Shown piece by piece: positions 1-8,511 of a stretch of 64,000 nucleotides of DNA. How positions within the stretch are numbered: position 1 is the stretch's first letter; each line of letters starts with the position of its first letter. The notes beneath the pieces were generated by a model, which saw nothing but the letters and a program-made list of their open reading frames with translations, made no database searches and had not been told where the DNA came from. The DNA comes from an uncultured delta proteobacterium. Lineage in GTDB: Bacteria > Desulfobacterota > Desulfuromonadia > Geobacterales > Pseudopelobacteraceae. A program made the position numbers and the translations under genes. The DNA lies in the NCBI GenBank assembly GCA_963772835.1, contig CAVYYZ010000002.1, positions 448,001 to 512,000 of the forward strand, in the 5' to 3' direction.

Positions 1-51
1 TTGTACTGGCAGAGGCATTTATTGCCTCTTCGATGACCGAGAGGAGATAAT

Positions 52-1248
52 ATGACCAAACAGCCGCCTGATAAGATTCTTATTGTGGACGATGAACCTG
101 ACATTGCTCTGATTCTTAAGCTTCATCTTGAAGAAGCCGGTTATATCACCAGTTGGGCGGCTAACGGGGAAGAGAGTCTGAATCTGCTTCACTCCAACGG
201 GTTTGATCTTGTTTTACTTGATGTACGCATGCCGGGAATAAGCGGAGTTGATGTATTACAGCGACTTCGCTCTGATAATTGTGATGCCGCCGTGGTCATG
301 ATGACTGCGCATGGCAACGAGAGTCTGGTGGTGGAGTGTATGAAAGCGGGCGCGGCTGACTATGTTGCCAAGCCGTTTGATGTTGATGACCTGCTGATCC
401 GCATGAAACGTGCACTTGACAGCAGGCGGACCATGAAGGAAAAAAAGTTTCTGGAGCAGGAAAAGGAGGATTTTATTTTCATGCTCTCCCACGACATGAA
501 AAATCCGATTACAGCGGTTATGGGCTCTATCGATATTATGCGCGAGGGGCGTCTCGGACCGGTTAACCCCGAGCAGACAGACTACCTTCAATCGTCCTTA
601 GAAAGTTGCGAAGAAGTTGTAACCATGATCGACAACCTGCTTGATATGCAGCGCTTTAATAGCGGCAGAATGCAAACCAGAATCAGCACGATCAACCCTC
701 ACACACTGCTTATTGATGCAGCCAGGCGCTTTTCCTCTGCCGCTGCACGGGAAAACATCCATCTTGCGGTGAATGCACCATCGATCGTTGCAGACATCAC
801 CGTTGACAGCTCAATTATGACACGTGTGATTGCCAACCTGCTTGGAAATGCTATCAAATTCACCCCCGACGGCGGATCCATAACTCTTTCATGTCGCAGC
901 ATTGAAAACAGTGACATGGGCGGCATTGGAATCCCGGCCTATGCAGACATACCGGCCGGATTTTCAGCGTGTCGTAATTTTGTTCGCATCAGCGTCAGTG
1001 ATACCGGCAACGGGATTTCTCCCGATGATTTGACCCGCATCTTCGAACGCTATGTCCAGGCAGGAAATACTTCGAGGAGAAGTCGGGGTGGAGCCGGCCT
1101 TGGTCTGGCATTCTGCAAAAAAGCGGTTGAAGATTTTAAAGGCTGCATCTGGGCAGAAAGTGCGGAGGACAGCGGGAGTGAATTCGTCATCCTGCTCCCC
1201 GGCCATTCAGATAACGAGAAAAGTACACATTCCGGGCGGGAGGCATGA
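52..1248 (+). CDS. Hybrid response regulator/histidine kinase (REC-HisKA-HATPase)
   Basis: N-terminal receiver (ILIVDD, LLDVRMP, KPF), H-box LSHDMKNP, N/G boxes NLLGNAIKF, DTGNG, GAGLGL; GGAG RBS. Confidence 0.92.
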   Translation: MTKQPPDKILIVDDEPDIALILKLHLEEAGYITSWAANGEESLNLLHSNGFDLVLLDVRMPGISGVDVLQRLRSDNCDAAVVMMTAHGNESLVVECMKAGAADYVAKPFDVDDLLIRMKRALDSRRTMKEKKFLEQEKEDFIFMLSHDMKNPITAVMGSIDIMREGRLGPVNPEQTDYLQSSLESCEEVVTMIDNLLDMQRFNSGRMQTRISTINPHTLLIDAARRFSSAAARENIHLAVNAPSIVADITVDSSIMTRVIANLLGNAIKFTPDGGSITLSCRSIENSDMGGIGIPAYADIPAGFSACRNFVRISVSDTGNGISPDDLTRIFERYVQAGNTSRRSRGGAGLGLAFCKKAVEDFKGCIWAESAEDSGSEFVILLPGHSDNEKSTHSGREA

Positions 1249-1739
1249 TTTTGAATATAAAATTCATCATCTTTTTTTTGGCAGCAACGATGCTGACATG
1301 CGGGGTGGCAGCCTCTGCTGCCGATATCGACACAAGTAAGGCTATAACCATCGGCAGCGGCCCCAAGACCGTATTCGAATTCACCGACCCTGATTGTCCT
1401 TTCTGCCGAAAAGCTTCAAAGTATTTCGAAGGGAGACCTGACGTTACGCGCCATATTTTCTTCTACCCGCTTCCCCGTCATTCAAGAGCGAAGGAAAAAG
1501 CCCGCTTTATCCTCTCAATGCCGGATAAGGCAAAAGCCTACCACGATGTCATGTCGGGACGAATGGATGCAGCTCCTCAGCTGGCATCAACCAGGGAGGG
1601 GATAATACTTCAGGAGGAACAGCTGAATGTGGCAAAAAAACACAAGGTCAGTGCGACGCCAACCTTCATGATCAACGGACGTATTATTGAAGGGTTTGAT
1701 GTAAAGAAAATTGAAGAGGCGCTCGGCCAAAAGCCATAG
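1245..1739 (+). CDS. DsbC/DsbG-like periplasmic thioredoxin-fold protein
   Basis: Signal peptide, FTDPDCPFC active site, cis-Pro ATPT; ATGA overlap with the upstream kinase. Confidence 0.85.
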   Translation: MILNIKFIIFFLAATMLTCGVAASAADIDTSKAITIGSGPKTVFEFTDPDCPFCRKASKYFEGRPDVTRHIFFYPLPRHSRAKEKARFILSMPDKAKAYHDVMSGRMDAAPQLASTREGIILQEEQLNVAKKHKVSATPTFMINGRIIEGFDVKKIEEALGQKP

Positions 1740-1758
1740 GGCGTGTACGGACTCCCAT

Positions 1759-4755
1759 TCAGCTGTTCTGCTGCACGAGATGTATCACCTGCAACAGAGA
1801 ATCAGTATTGTATGGTTTTGAAAGGGCTGCACAGAACCCGTAGTTCTTGTAATCTGACAGAATCTGGTCCTCTGAATAGCCGCTTGATACGATCATACGC
1901 GCATGTTGATCAATCGACAGAATGCGTTTTGCGGCCTCAACACCTCCCATACCACCGGGGACCGACAGGTCGAGAACTACAATCGGGAGTGTTTCCCCTG
2001 ATTCCCAGCAGTTTTTATATATTTCTACCGCTGCCTCTCCATTGCTGCAGATCTGAACCTGGCACCCTAATTCACTCAAACTCATGAAGACAAAATCCAG
2101 AATATCCTGTTCATCATCCATAATCAGCAACGGGATCCCGGCAGGACTCTGCTCGATTATGTCAGCTTCTTCACACTCGTCAGAAGGCACATCCCGGTAA
2201 GCAGGCAACATGATTGTAACAACTGTCCCCTGGCTGACTTCTGAAACGACGTCGATATAGCCGTTATGTTTCATGACTATTGACTGAGTTGTCGACAAGC
2301 CAAGCCCGGTACCGTCGGGCCGGGTCGTAAAATACGGGTCGAACACTTTATGAATATGTTCTTTTTCAATGCCGCCTCCGCTGTCTTCGAACGTGATTTT
2401 CACGTAATGACCCGGCGGCATGAGATATATATTGTTTTTTTCGAGCGGGAGATCTTCGATGTGAACCGTCAATGTTCCACCGTCAGGCATTGAATGGATT
2501 GAATTCAGTACTATGTTATTGAAAGCCTGATTAATCTGATCACTGTCAACATTGACCGTTTGAGAAGTTCGATTATCGATAATCCCCCTGATATTGCTTC
2601 CGCTCAAAAACAGCGAAAGAGACTCCTGTACCAGCTTTTCTGCAGTGGCCAGTGACATGAATGGAACGCCACCCTTGGAAAATGTCAACAATTGGCGCGC
2701 AAGTCGTGCCGCTCTGTATGATGATTTTTCAGCGGCTTCAAGGAGCGGCAGAATTTTATCCTGAGCAGGCAGCTGCTTTCTGGCAAACGATATATAACCG
2801 ATAACTCCCGTAAGAACATTATTGAAATTATGGGCCATACCAGCTGCAAGAGTGCTGATTGTTTCCAGCTTCTGCGTTTTCATCAGCTCTTTCTGGATAA
2901 GCTTCTGTTCGGTTATATCCCGGCCGATACCGATGAAAAGAGGGGAGCCGTTCTGGTCTGTGATACGCGCACCATTTGCCGTGTAGCATTTCCATCCACC
3001 CTCCTTAAGCCGCACCCTGTACTCAACACCTCTCTGTTTTTCCCCGGTTTCCAGAACCGAGGCAAGAAAGGCTGCGCAGGCAGGCACATCATCCTGATGA
3101 ATAAATGGTACGAATGGTTTCCCAACAGTTTCAGACAGCTCATACCCAAATGCCTCTTTCCACCGGGGAGAAACATAATTGAAAATACCGGCGGGGGAGA
3201 GGACAAAAACCACATCATTGGCGTTTTCAACAAAGGAACGGAATCGTTGCTCGCTCGCGCGGAGACCTTCTTCCATCCTTCTCAATTCAGTTATATCGTG
3301 ACCGACGGACAATACCCCCTGATACGCTGCGCCGTCGTCAGCAAGCTTCTGGTTACTCCAGGAAATCCAGACACGCTCCCCGTTTTTTCGTATATTTTCA
3401 TTTATGTTTATCGCAAAAATTGAAGGATTTTCCGTCAGTCGGGCGATCATATCCTTCAGGTCACGACCACTGCTTTCCGTTTCAGGAACTATCGTGCCGA
3501 CAACACTCCTCCCCAGAATTTCCCGCTCTGAAAAACCGAAGAACGATTCTGCATACTCGTTAAAATAGGTGACCCTGCCATTTCCATCCATTTTCAGGAT
3601 AATGGTATTTGCCTTCTCAACAAGTTCGCGATATTTTTTTTCACTTTGCCGCAATGCCTCATCAGAATGTTGCAAGGAAATTTTATTACTCGACAGGCTA
3701 TCAGCCATTTCATCAAGAACATGCCCGATTCCGCGTAATTCTTTATTTGACACCTGTGCGGATATCCGTCCTGAAAAGTCCCCATGAACAATTTTTATCG
3801 CGGCTGCCTGCAGGAGTGACAGCTTGGCTAATACACTTTTTTTACTGACATATACTGCTAGGCCGAACGAAATCAGCAGCATCGTTATCAGTGCGGACAC
3901 CATGTAACCGGCCTCCCGGTAACTTTCTCTTAATATATGATTTTTATCAATACCGGTACGGATATACATATAGGGAATCGATTCATGCTTCAGACGTACT
4001 GCACGATACCCGAACAAACGTTCGATACCGAGATTTCCGGAGGCCACAAACGAACCGCTATCTCCATCCAATGACATTTTGGCAAAAAGTTCCGGTTTGT
4101 CCTGTTTTCCAACCAGTTTCATATTTACCGACGAGTAGAGGATGGTCCCTTTGTAGTCGACAAGGAGTATTGAAGAAACCGGACTGGCCAGACGCCCCTG
4201 ATACAGCGTGCTATACATGTCAAGCGGCATAGTGACGATAATGACATCTGAAATCCTGCCGCTGCGGGTTTTAGCCGGATATGCGAAACCGAGTACAGGT
4301 GTACCGGCTATTCTGCCGTCCGTGAACTCACCGGAAGAAAACGTTCCGGTCATAAGTGCGTTTCTGAAATAGCGTCTGTCGGCAACAGACAGACCGGCAG
4401 GAAACGGAAGAGCCGAAGCCCAGACAGTCCCGCTCGAGTCGGCAATCAGAATATTTGTAATTTTGGTGTTTGCAGCGGCGAGAAGGGAGAGAAGATGTTC
4501 AGAATCCGGTTTGCTATGGTTTTGAACCGCAGGGAGAAAGGATACCGTTGTAACAAGTTGCTCCAGACCGGATAATAACTGAGTCTGATCGTTATATATC
4601 TGATTGGCGGTTGCAGTTGCTATCGATGTTGCATCATCAATTTTATGGGTCTGTAACCGGGTACTTGTATATACGATGAGTCCAATTGAAAACAGAATCA
4701 GCGCAACCAGACTTAGGAACAGCTTAGTAACCGATGATGAATTGGGAGCGTTCAT
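1759..4755 (-). CDS. Membrane hybrid sensor kinase (Cache-HAMP-PAS-PAS-HisKA-HATPase-REC)
   Basis: Two TM helices flanking a Cache-like region (DRRYF), two PAS repeats ending DITE, H-box AHNFNN, GTGLGL, C-terminal receiver. Confidence 0.9.
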   Translation of the reverse strand: MNAPNSSSVTKLFLSLVALILFSIGLIVYTSTRLQTHKIDDATSIATATANQIYNDQTQLLSGLEQLVTTVSFLPAVQNHSKPDSEHLLSLLAAANTKITNILIADSSGTVWASALPFPAGLSVADRRYFRNALMTGTFSSGEFTDGRIAGTPVLGFAYPAKTRSGRISDVIIVTMPLDMYSTLYQGRLASPVSSILLVDYKGTILYSSVNMKLVGKQDKPELFAKMSLDGDSGSFVASGNLGIERLFGYRAVRLKHESIPYMYIRTGIDKNHILRESYREAGYMVSALITMLLISFGLAVYVSKKSVLAKLSLLQAAAIKIVHGDFSGRISAQVSNKELRGIGHVLDEMADSLSSNKISLQHSDEALRQSEKKYRELVEKANTIILKMDGNGRVTYFNEYAESFFGFSEREILGRSVVGTIVPETESSGRDLKDMIARLTENPSIFAININENIRKNGERVWISWSNQKLADDGAAYQGVLSVGHDITELRRMEEGLRASEQRFRSFVENANDVVFVLSPAGIFNYVSPRWKEAFGYELSETVGKPFVPFIHQDDVPACAAFLASVLETGEKQRGVEYRVRLKEGGWKCYTANGARITDQNGSPLFIGIGRDITEQKLIQKELMKTQKLETISTLAAGMAHNFNNVLTGVIGYISFARKQLPAQDKILPLLEAAEKSSYRAARLARQLLTFSKGGVPFMSLATAEKLVQESLSLFLSGSNIRGIIDNRTSQTVNVDSDQINQAFNNIVLNSIHSMPDGGTLTVHIEDLPLEKNNIYLMPPGHYVKITFEDSGGGIEKEHIHKVFDPYFTTRPDGTGLGLSTTQSIVMKHNGYIDVVSEVSQGTVVTIMLPAYRDVPSDECEEADIIEQSPAGIPLLIMDDEQDILDFVFMSLSELGCQVQICSNGEAAVEIYKNCWESGETLPIVVLDLSVPGGMGGVEAAKRILSIDQHARMIVSSGYSEDQILSDYKNYGFCAALSKPYNTDSLLQVIHLVQQNS

Positions 4756-4786
4756 GCTTCACTTGTAGCCCATCATATACATTTTG

Positions 4787-5635
4787 TCAAAACTCCATCG
4801 GCATTTCTTTCAGCTGTTTTGCGGTAAAGACCGGTCCATCCTTGCAGACGTACACATTCCCGACATTGCATCGGCCACATTTACCGAGTCCGCATTTCAT
4901 CCGGTTTTCAAGGGTCGTATAGACCTGCTCGTCGCTGAAGCCGAGCTTCTCCAGCACCGGCAGGGTGAACTTGATCATGATCGGCGGACCGCAGACCAGG
5001 GCGACCGTGTTCTCTGCCGACGGTGCCGTTTCACCGAGGATTGTCGGTACAAAACCGACGCTGCCGTCCCACCCGGGACCGTTGCCGCCAGGGTCGACTG
5101 TTTTTACCAGGCGGACATCCCCCCGCTCCTGCCATTCCTGCAGTTCCCGCTTGTAGACCAGATCAGCCTCCGTCCGGGCACCGTAGACAATTATGATATC
5201 GCCGAATTTGTCGCGCAGGTCAAGGCAGTTCCAGATCAGGGTCCGGAGCGGCGGCAGGGCGATACCTCCTGCGACGAAGACCAGGTTCTTGCCGTAAAAC
5301 TCTTCAATCGGATAGGAATTGCCGTAGGGGCCGCGCACCCCCATGGTGTCGCCCACTTCGAGACGACGCAGTTCTTCGGTCACTCTCCCCACAGAACGGA
5401 AGCTGCATTCGATAAATCCTTTCCGGGTAGGTGACGAGGCGATGCAGAAGGTGGACTCGCCGGCGCCGAAAGCTGAGTATTCGGCAAACTGACCGGCACG
5501 GAAAACGAAGTTCTCTTTTACTGTGTCGTCCTGAAACACCAGTCTGAGAGTACGCACGTCCGGAGTCTCGTCGATGACTTCTGCAACGGTGGCCAGATAT
5601 GGGAGGTAGATGTTCTTATTGGTGTGATCACACAT
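4787..5635 (-). CDS. flxA: FAD/NAD-binding oxidoreductase with [2Fe-2S] (FlxA/AsrB-like)
   Basis: RGPYGN, VAGGIAL, VCGPP, MKCGLGKCGRC...CKDGP; last gene of the hdr operon. Confidence 0.88.
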   Translation of the reverse strand: MCDHTNKNIYLPYLATVAEVIDETPDVRTLRLVFQDDTVKENFVFRAGQFAEYSAFGAGESTFCIASSPTRKGFIECSFRSVGRVTEELRRLEVGDTMGVRGPYGNSYPIEEFYGKNLVFVAGGIALPPLRTLIWNCLDLRDKFGDIIIVYGARTEADLVYKRELQEWQERGDVRLVKTVDPGGNGPGWDGSVGFVPTILGETAPSAENTVALVCGPPIMIKFTLPVLEKLGFSDEQVYTTLENRMKCGLGKCGRCNVGNVYVCKDGPVFTAKQLKEMPMEF

Positions 5636-5651
5636 GTTATAAAACCTTTTT

Positions 5652-5789
5652 CACCACTAAGACACTAAGAGCGCTGAGAAAGTCAAAGCCAAAAAAATCT
5701 TTTTGGGTTAAACCTTAAAACTTATGATTCCGATTTTACCCTGCTTTTTAGTCTGTGCCGTTCTTCGTGTCCTTAGTGTCTTAGTGGTG
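5652..5789. repeat. Intergenic palindromic element 1 (8/9-mer CACTAAG arms)
   Basis: CACCACTAAGACACTAAG (5652) is perfectly inverted as CTTAGTGTCTTAGTGGTG (to 5789). Confidence 0.9.
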
Positions 5790-5803
5790 GGCTGTTTATG
5801 AAA

Positions 5804-6808
5804 CTATTTCCTGCTTATCTCTTCAATAATCCCGGCGATATCAATGCCGACGGGGCAGACCCGCACGCATCTGCCGCAACCGGTGCAGAGGGTCTGGCCG
5901 AATTTGTCATCATAGTACTTGAACTTGTGCATGATACGGTTGCGATAGCGTTTGGGCTGGCCGTCCCGGGGGTTATGTCCCGAGGCGTGGTGGGTGAATT
6001 TCCAGAATCCGCAGGCGTCCCAGTTTTTCCGCCGCTTGCCCGACTTCTCGGTCCCTTCGTCGACGATATCGAAACAGTGGCAGGCGGGGCAGACAAAGGC
6101 GCAGGCGCCGCAGCCGACGCAGCGGGTGGCGATGCTTTCCCAGAGCGGGTCTTCGAAATGGTCGTCGAGCCAGGCTTTGACCTTTTTCAGATCGATGTTC
6201 TCCGTCTGCGGCTGCGCCGGCGGAAGCGCTGTGGTGCCGGTGAGTTCTGAGAACAGTTCCCTGTGGGCAGTGATCAGTGCTTCACCCTTGTCACTATAGC
6301 TTTCGCAGGCATACCCTCCCCCTTCCAGCGGGGTCAGGAACAGGTCGCTCCCTTTGACTTCAGAGGGAGAGAGGCCGACGGCGGTGCAGAAGCAGGCGTC
6401 GTCTGCGATGGTGCAGGCGAGGCCGATGATCGTTGTCTTTTTTCTCCGCTCCAGAAAGAATTCATCCTTGTAGTCCCAGGAGAAGACAGCGTCGAGGACC
6501 GGTATGGCAGCGGCGTCGCAGGGACGCACTCCGACGAGGACGGTTTCGGGAAAGCGGGCCGGGTCGATATCCTTCAGTTCGATCTTCTGCCCCTCCTTCT
6601 CGTAAGTCATGATGTCTTCGCAGACCGGGAAGAAGGCTTCTTTGGCGGAGCGGCGCGGCAACTGGTCCGTGGCCATGTCGGCTGAACTCATGAGCGGTCC
6701 GTAGAGCGGGGTGCCCCCGTTCATCTGCGGGGCGACGACGCGGATCCCTTCCTTGATGAGGGTGTCGAGGAGGGTATTGAGGTTTTGTTGTGAGATCTGT
6801 CTTTGCAT
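5804..6808 (-). CDS. flxB: 4Fe-4S dicluster protein (FlxB/AsrA-like)
   Basis: RPCD, CFC, CVGCGACAFVCPACHC, CTGCGRCVRVCP. Confidence 0.85.
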   Translation of the reverse strand: MQRQISQQNLNTLLDTLIKEGIRVVAPQMNGGTPLYGPLMSSADMATDQLPRRSAKEAFFPVCEDIMTYEKEGQKIELKDIDPARFPETVLVGVRPCDAAAIPVLDAVFSWDYKDEFFLERRKKTTIIGLACTIADDACFCTAVGLSPSEVKGSDLFLTPLEGGGYACESYSDKGEALITAHRELFSELTGTTALPPAQPQTENIDLKKVKAWLDDHFEDPLWESIATRCVGCGACAFVCPACHCFDIVDEGTEKSGKRRKNWDACGFWKFTHHASGHNPRDGQPKRYRNRIMHKFKYYDDKFGQTLCTGCGRCVRVCPVGIDIAGIIEEISRK

Positions 6809-6826
6809 TTTAAAACCTGCTTCTGA

Positions 6827-7747
6827 TTATTTGATAAAACTCTGATCATCCTTCTCGGTGAACATGTTCAGCGGTCCCTTGTCGAGCACCTCGAAGCCGG
6901 CTTCATGGTCGTACAGTTCTTTGAGCTCTTTGGCCATCTTGCGGTTCAGCAGATTCAGAGGGATGTCCATCGGGCAGACCCGTTCGCATTCGGCGCAGCC
7001 GGCGCATCTGCCGGCGAGGTGCATGGCGCGCACGATGTGCCAGGCGGTATTGCCGGCCGGTCGGGGGGTGGTGTCCACCATCTGCGGTTTGTTGCGGTCG
7101 CAGAGGCATTGTTCGCAGAAGCAGAAAGGGCAGACCTGACGGCAGGCGTAGCATTTGATACATTTGGCGAACTGCTCTTTCCAGTAGGTCCAGCGCTCGG
7201 CCGGTGTCAGGGCTTCGAGGCGGGCGATCTCGACCGCGTATTTCTGCTGCAGTTCCGGAGTCACCGGGGTTTCAGCCGGTACGTAGTCGCAGCCGGTGGG
7301 GAGGTGAGCATCGCATTCGGTGCATTTGGGGGCAATCGTGTCCGTAGACAGTGCCTGATCGGGATACACTGTCGAGGCAAGTACTCCGGCGCAGGGAACG
7401 CCGATCAGGTACAGCTCTTCGCGTTTGAGCTGTGATTCGCCCATCAGGCCGGAGAGGGCTTTCAGGTCGCACCCTTTGACGACGATACCGATCCTTCCTG
7501 TCTTCGGGATTTCTTTTTTGGCTTTGGTGAGGTAGACGGCCAGATTGTTGACGCTGGCCGGGGTAAAGATCAGTTTTTGTGCATCGTCGGGAGTGCTGAT
7601 GACGATCGGTTGGACGGAGCCTTTACGGCGGGCGGCGGCGTAGCCGATGACTGCCGTGACCGTGCCATCAGAGAGGATGCGCGCTGCCTCGATCTGGATG
7701 ACTTCTGTGATGGCAGCGTAGATGGATGTGTCGATTGGATGTGTCAT
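6827..7747 (-). CDS. 4Fe-4S dicluster protein of the Flx-Hdr complex (FlxC/D-type)
   Basis: KGCD, CIKCYACRQVCPFCFC, RAMHLAGRCAGCAECERVCP. Confidence 0.85.
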   Translation of the reverse strand: MTHPIDTSIYAAITEVIQIEAARILSDGTVTAVIGYAAARRKGSVQPIVISTPDDAQKLIFTPASVNNLAVYLTKAKKEIPKTGRIGIVVKGCDLKALSGLMGESQLKREELYLIGVPCAGVLASTVYPDQALSTDTIAPKCTECDAHLPTGCDYVPAETPVTPELQQKYAVEIARLEALTPAERWTYWKEQFAKCIKCYACRQVCPFCFCEQCLCDRNKPQMVDTTPRPAGNTAWHIVRAMHLAGRCAGCAECERVCPMDIPLNLLNRKMAKELKELYDHEAGFEVLDKGPLNMFTEKDDQSFIK

Positions 7748-7759
7748 AAAAACCTTTTT

Positions 7760-7862
7760 TCACCACGAAGACACGAAGAACACGAAGAAGAGCTAAAATC
7801 TTTCAGGTTTATACCCCATAATGCCTTTGATTGATTTGACTTACTTCGTGTCTTCGTGGTGA
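7760..7862. repeat. Intergenic palindromic element 2 (CACGAAG arms)
   Basis: TCACCACGAAGACACGAAG (7760-7778) is perfectly inverted at 7844-7862. Confidence 0.9.
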
Positions 7863-7870
7863 GACAAGCT

Positions 7871-8371
7871 TTAGATTTGATTATACGCTTCCTGCAATTC
7901 CGGTGTGTTGATGGCACCGGACCACTGCTCTTCCATGGCAAGTTCCTTGAATTCGGTCATCGGCCCCATGACACGCACTTTCTCGGTCAGATCGGTGACG
8001 ACTTCGACCCATTTGCCCCCTTCGGCGGCGGAGACCCAGGAAAACTGCAGCCGGTTCAGGTCGACTCCGACAAACTCCAGCAGTTTGCGGAAGACGGCAA
8101 ATCTCCTCCGGGCGTGGAAGTTGCCGGCGATGTAGTGACAGTCGCCGGGATGGCAGCCGGAAACCAGGACACCGTCGGCACCCTGTTGGAAGGCTTTCAG
8201 AATGAAGACCGGGTCGATTCGGCCGGTGCAGGGGAATTTCAGGACCCGTACGTTTGATGGGTACTGCATGCGACTGGTCCCGGCCAGGTCGGCCCCGGCG
8301 TAGGTGCACCAGGTGCAGACGAAAGCTATTATTTTGGGTTCGAAGGTGTTTGTTTGTTGTTCTGGGTGCAT
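7871..8371 (-). CDS. mvhD: MvhD-family [2Fe-2S] subunit
   Basis: FVCTWCTYAGAD, PCTGR, GCHPGDCHY, WVSAAEG. Confidence 0.92.
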   Translation of the reverse strand: MHPEQQTNTFEPKIIAFVCTWCTYAGADLAGTSRMQYPSNVRVLKFPCTGRIDPVFILKAFQQGADGVLVSGCHPGDCHYIAGNFHARRRFAVFRKLLEFVGVDLNRLQFSWVSAAEGGKWVEVVTDLTEKVRVMGPMTEFKELAMEEQWSGAINTPELQEAYNQI

Positions 8372-8393
8372 GTATAATCCTTAAAACCGTTTT

Positions 8394-8500
8394 CACCACT
8401 AAGACACTATGAGCACTAAGGAAGGCAAAACTTAAAAAGCTTTGGGGGTTTAAACCTGAAAGATTTTAGCAGTTCTTAGTGTCCTTAGTGCCTTAGTGGT
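8394..8500. repeat. Intergenic palindromic element 3 (CACTAAG arms)
   Basis: CACCACTAAGACACTATGAGCACTAAG with inverted CTTAGTGTCCTTAGTGCCTTAGTGGT. Confidence 0.88.
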
Positions 8501-8511
8501 AAGTTGTGTTT

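Noticed and set aside
5652..8500. CRISPR array
   Set aside because: The repeats are inverted arms dispersed between genes, with no regular repeat-spacer pattern and no cas genes
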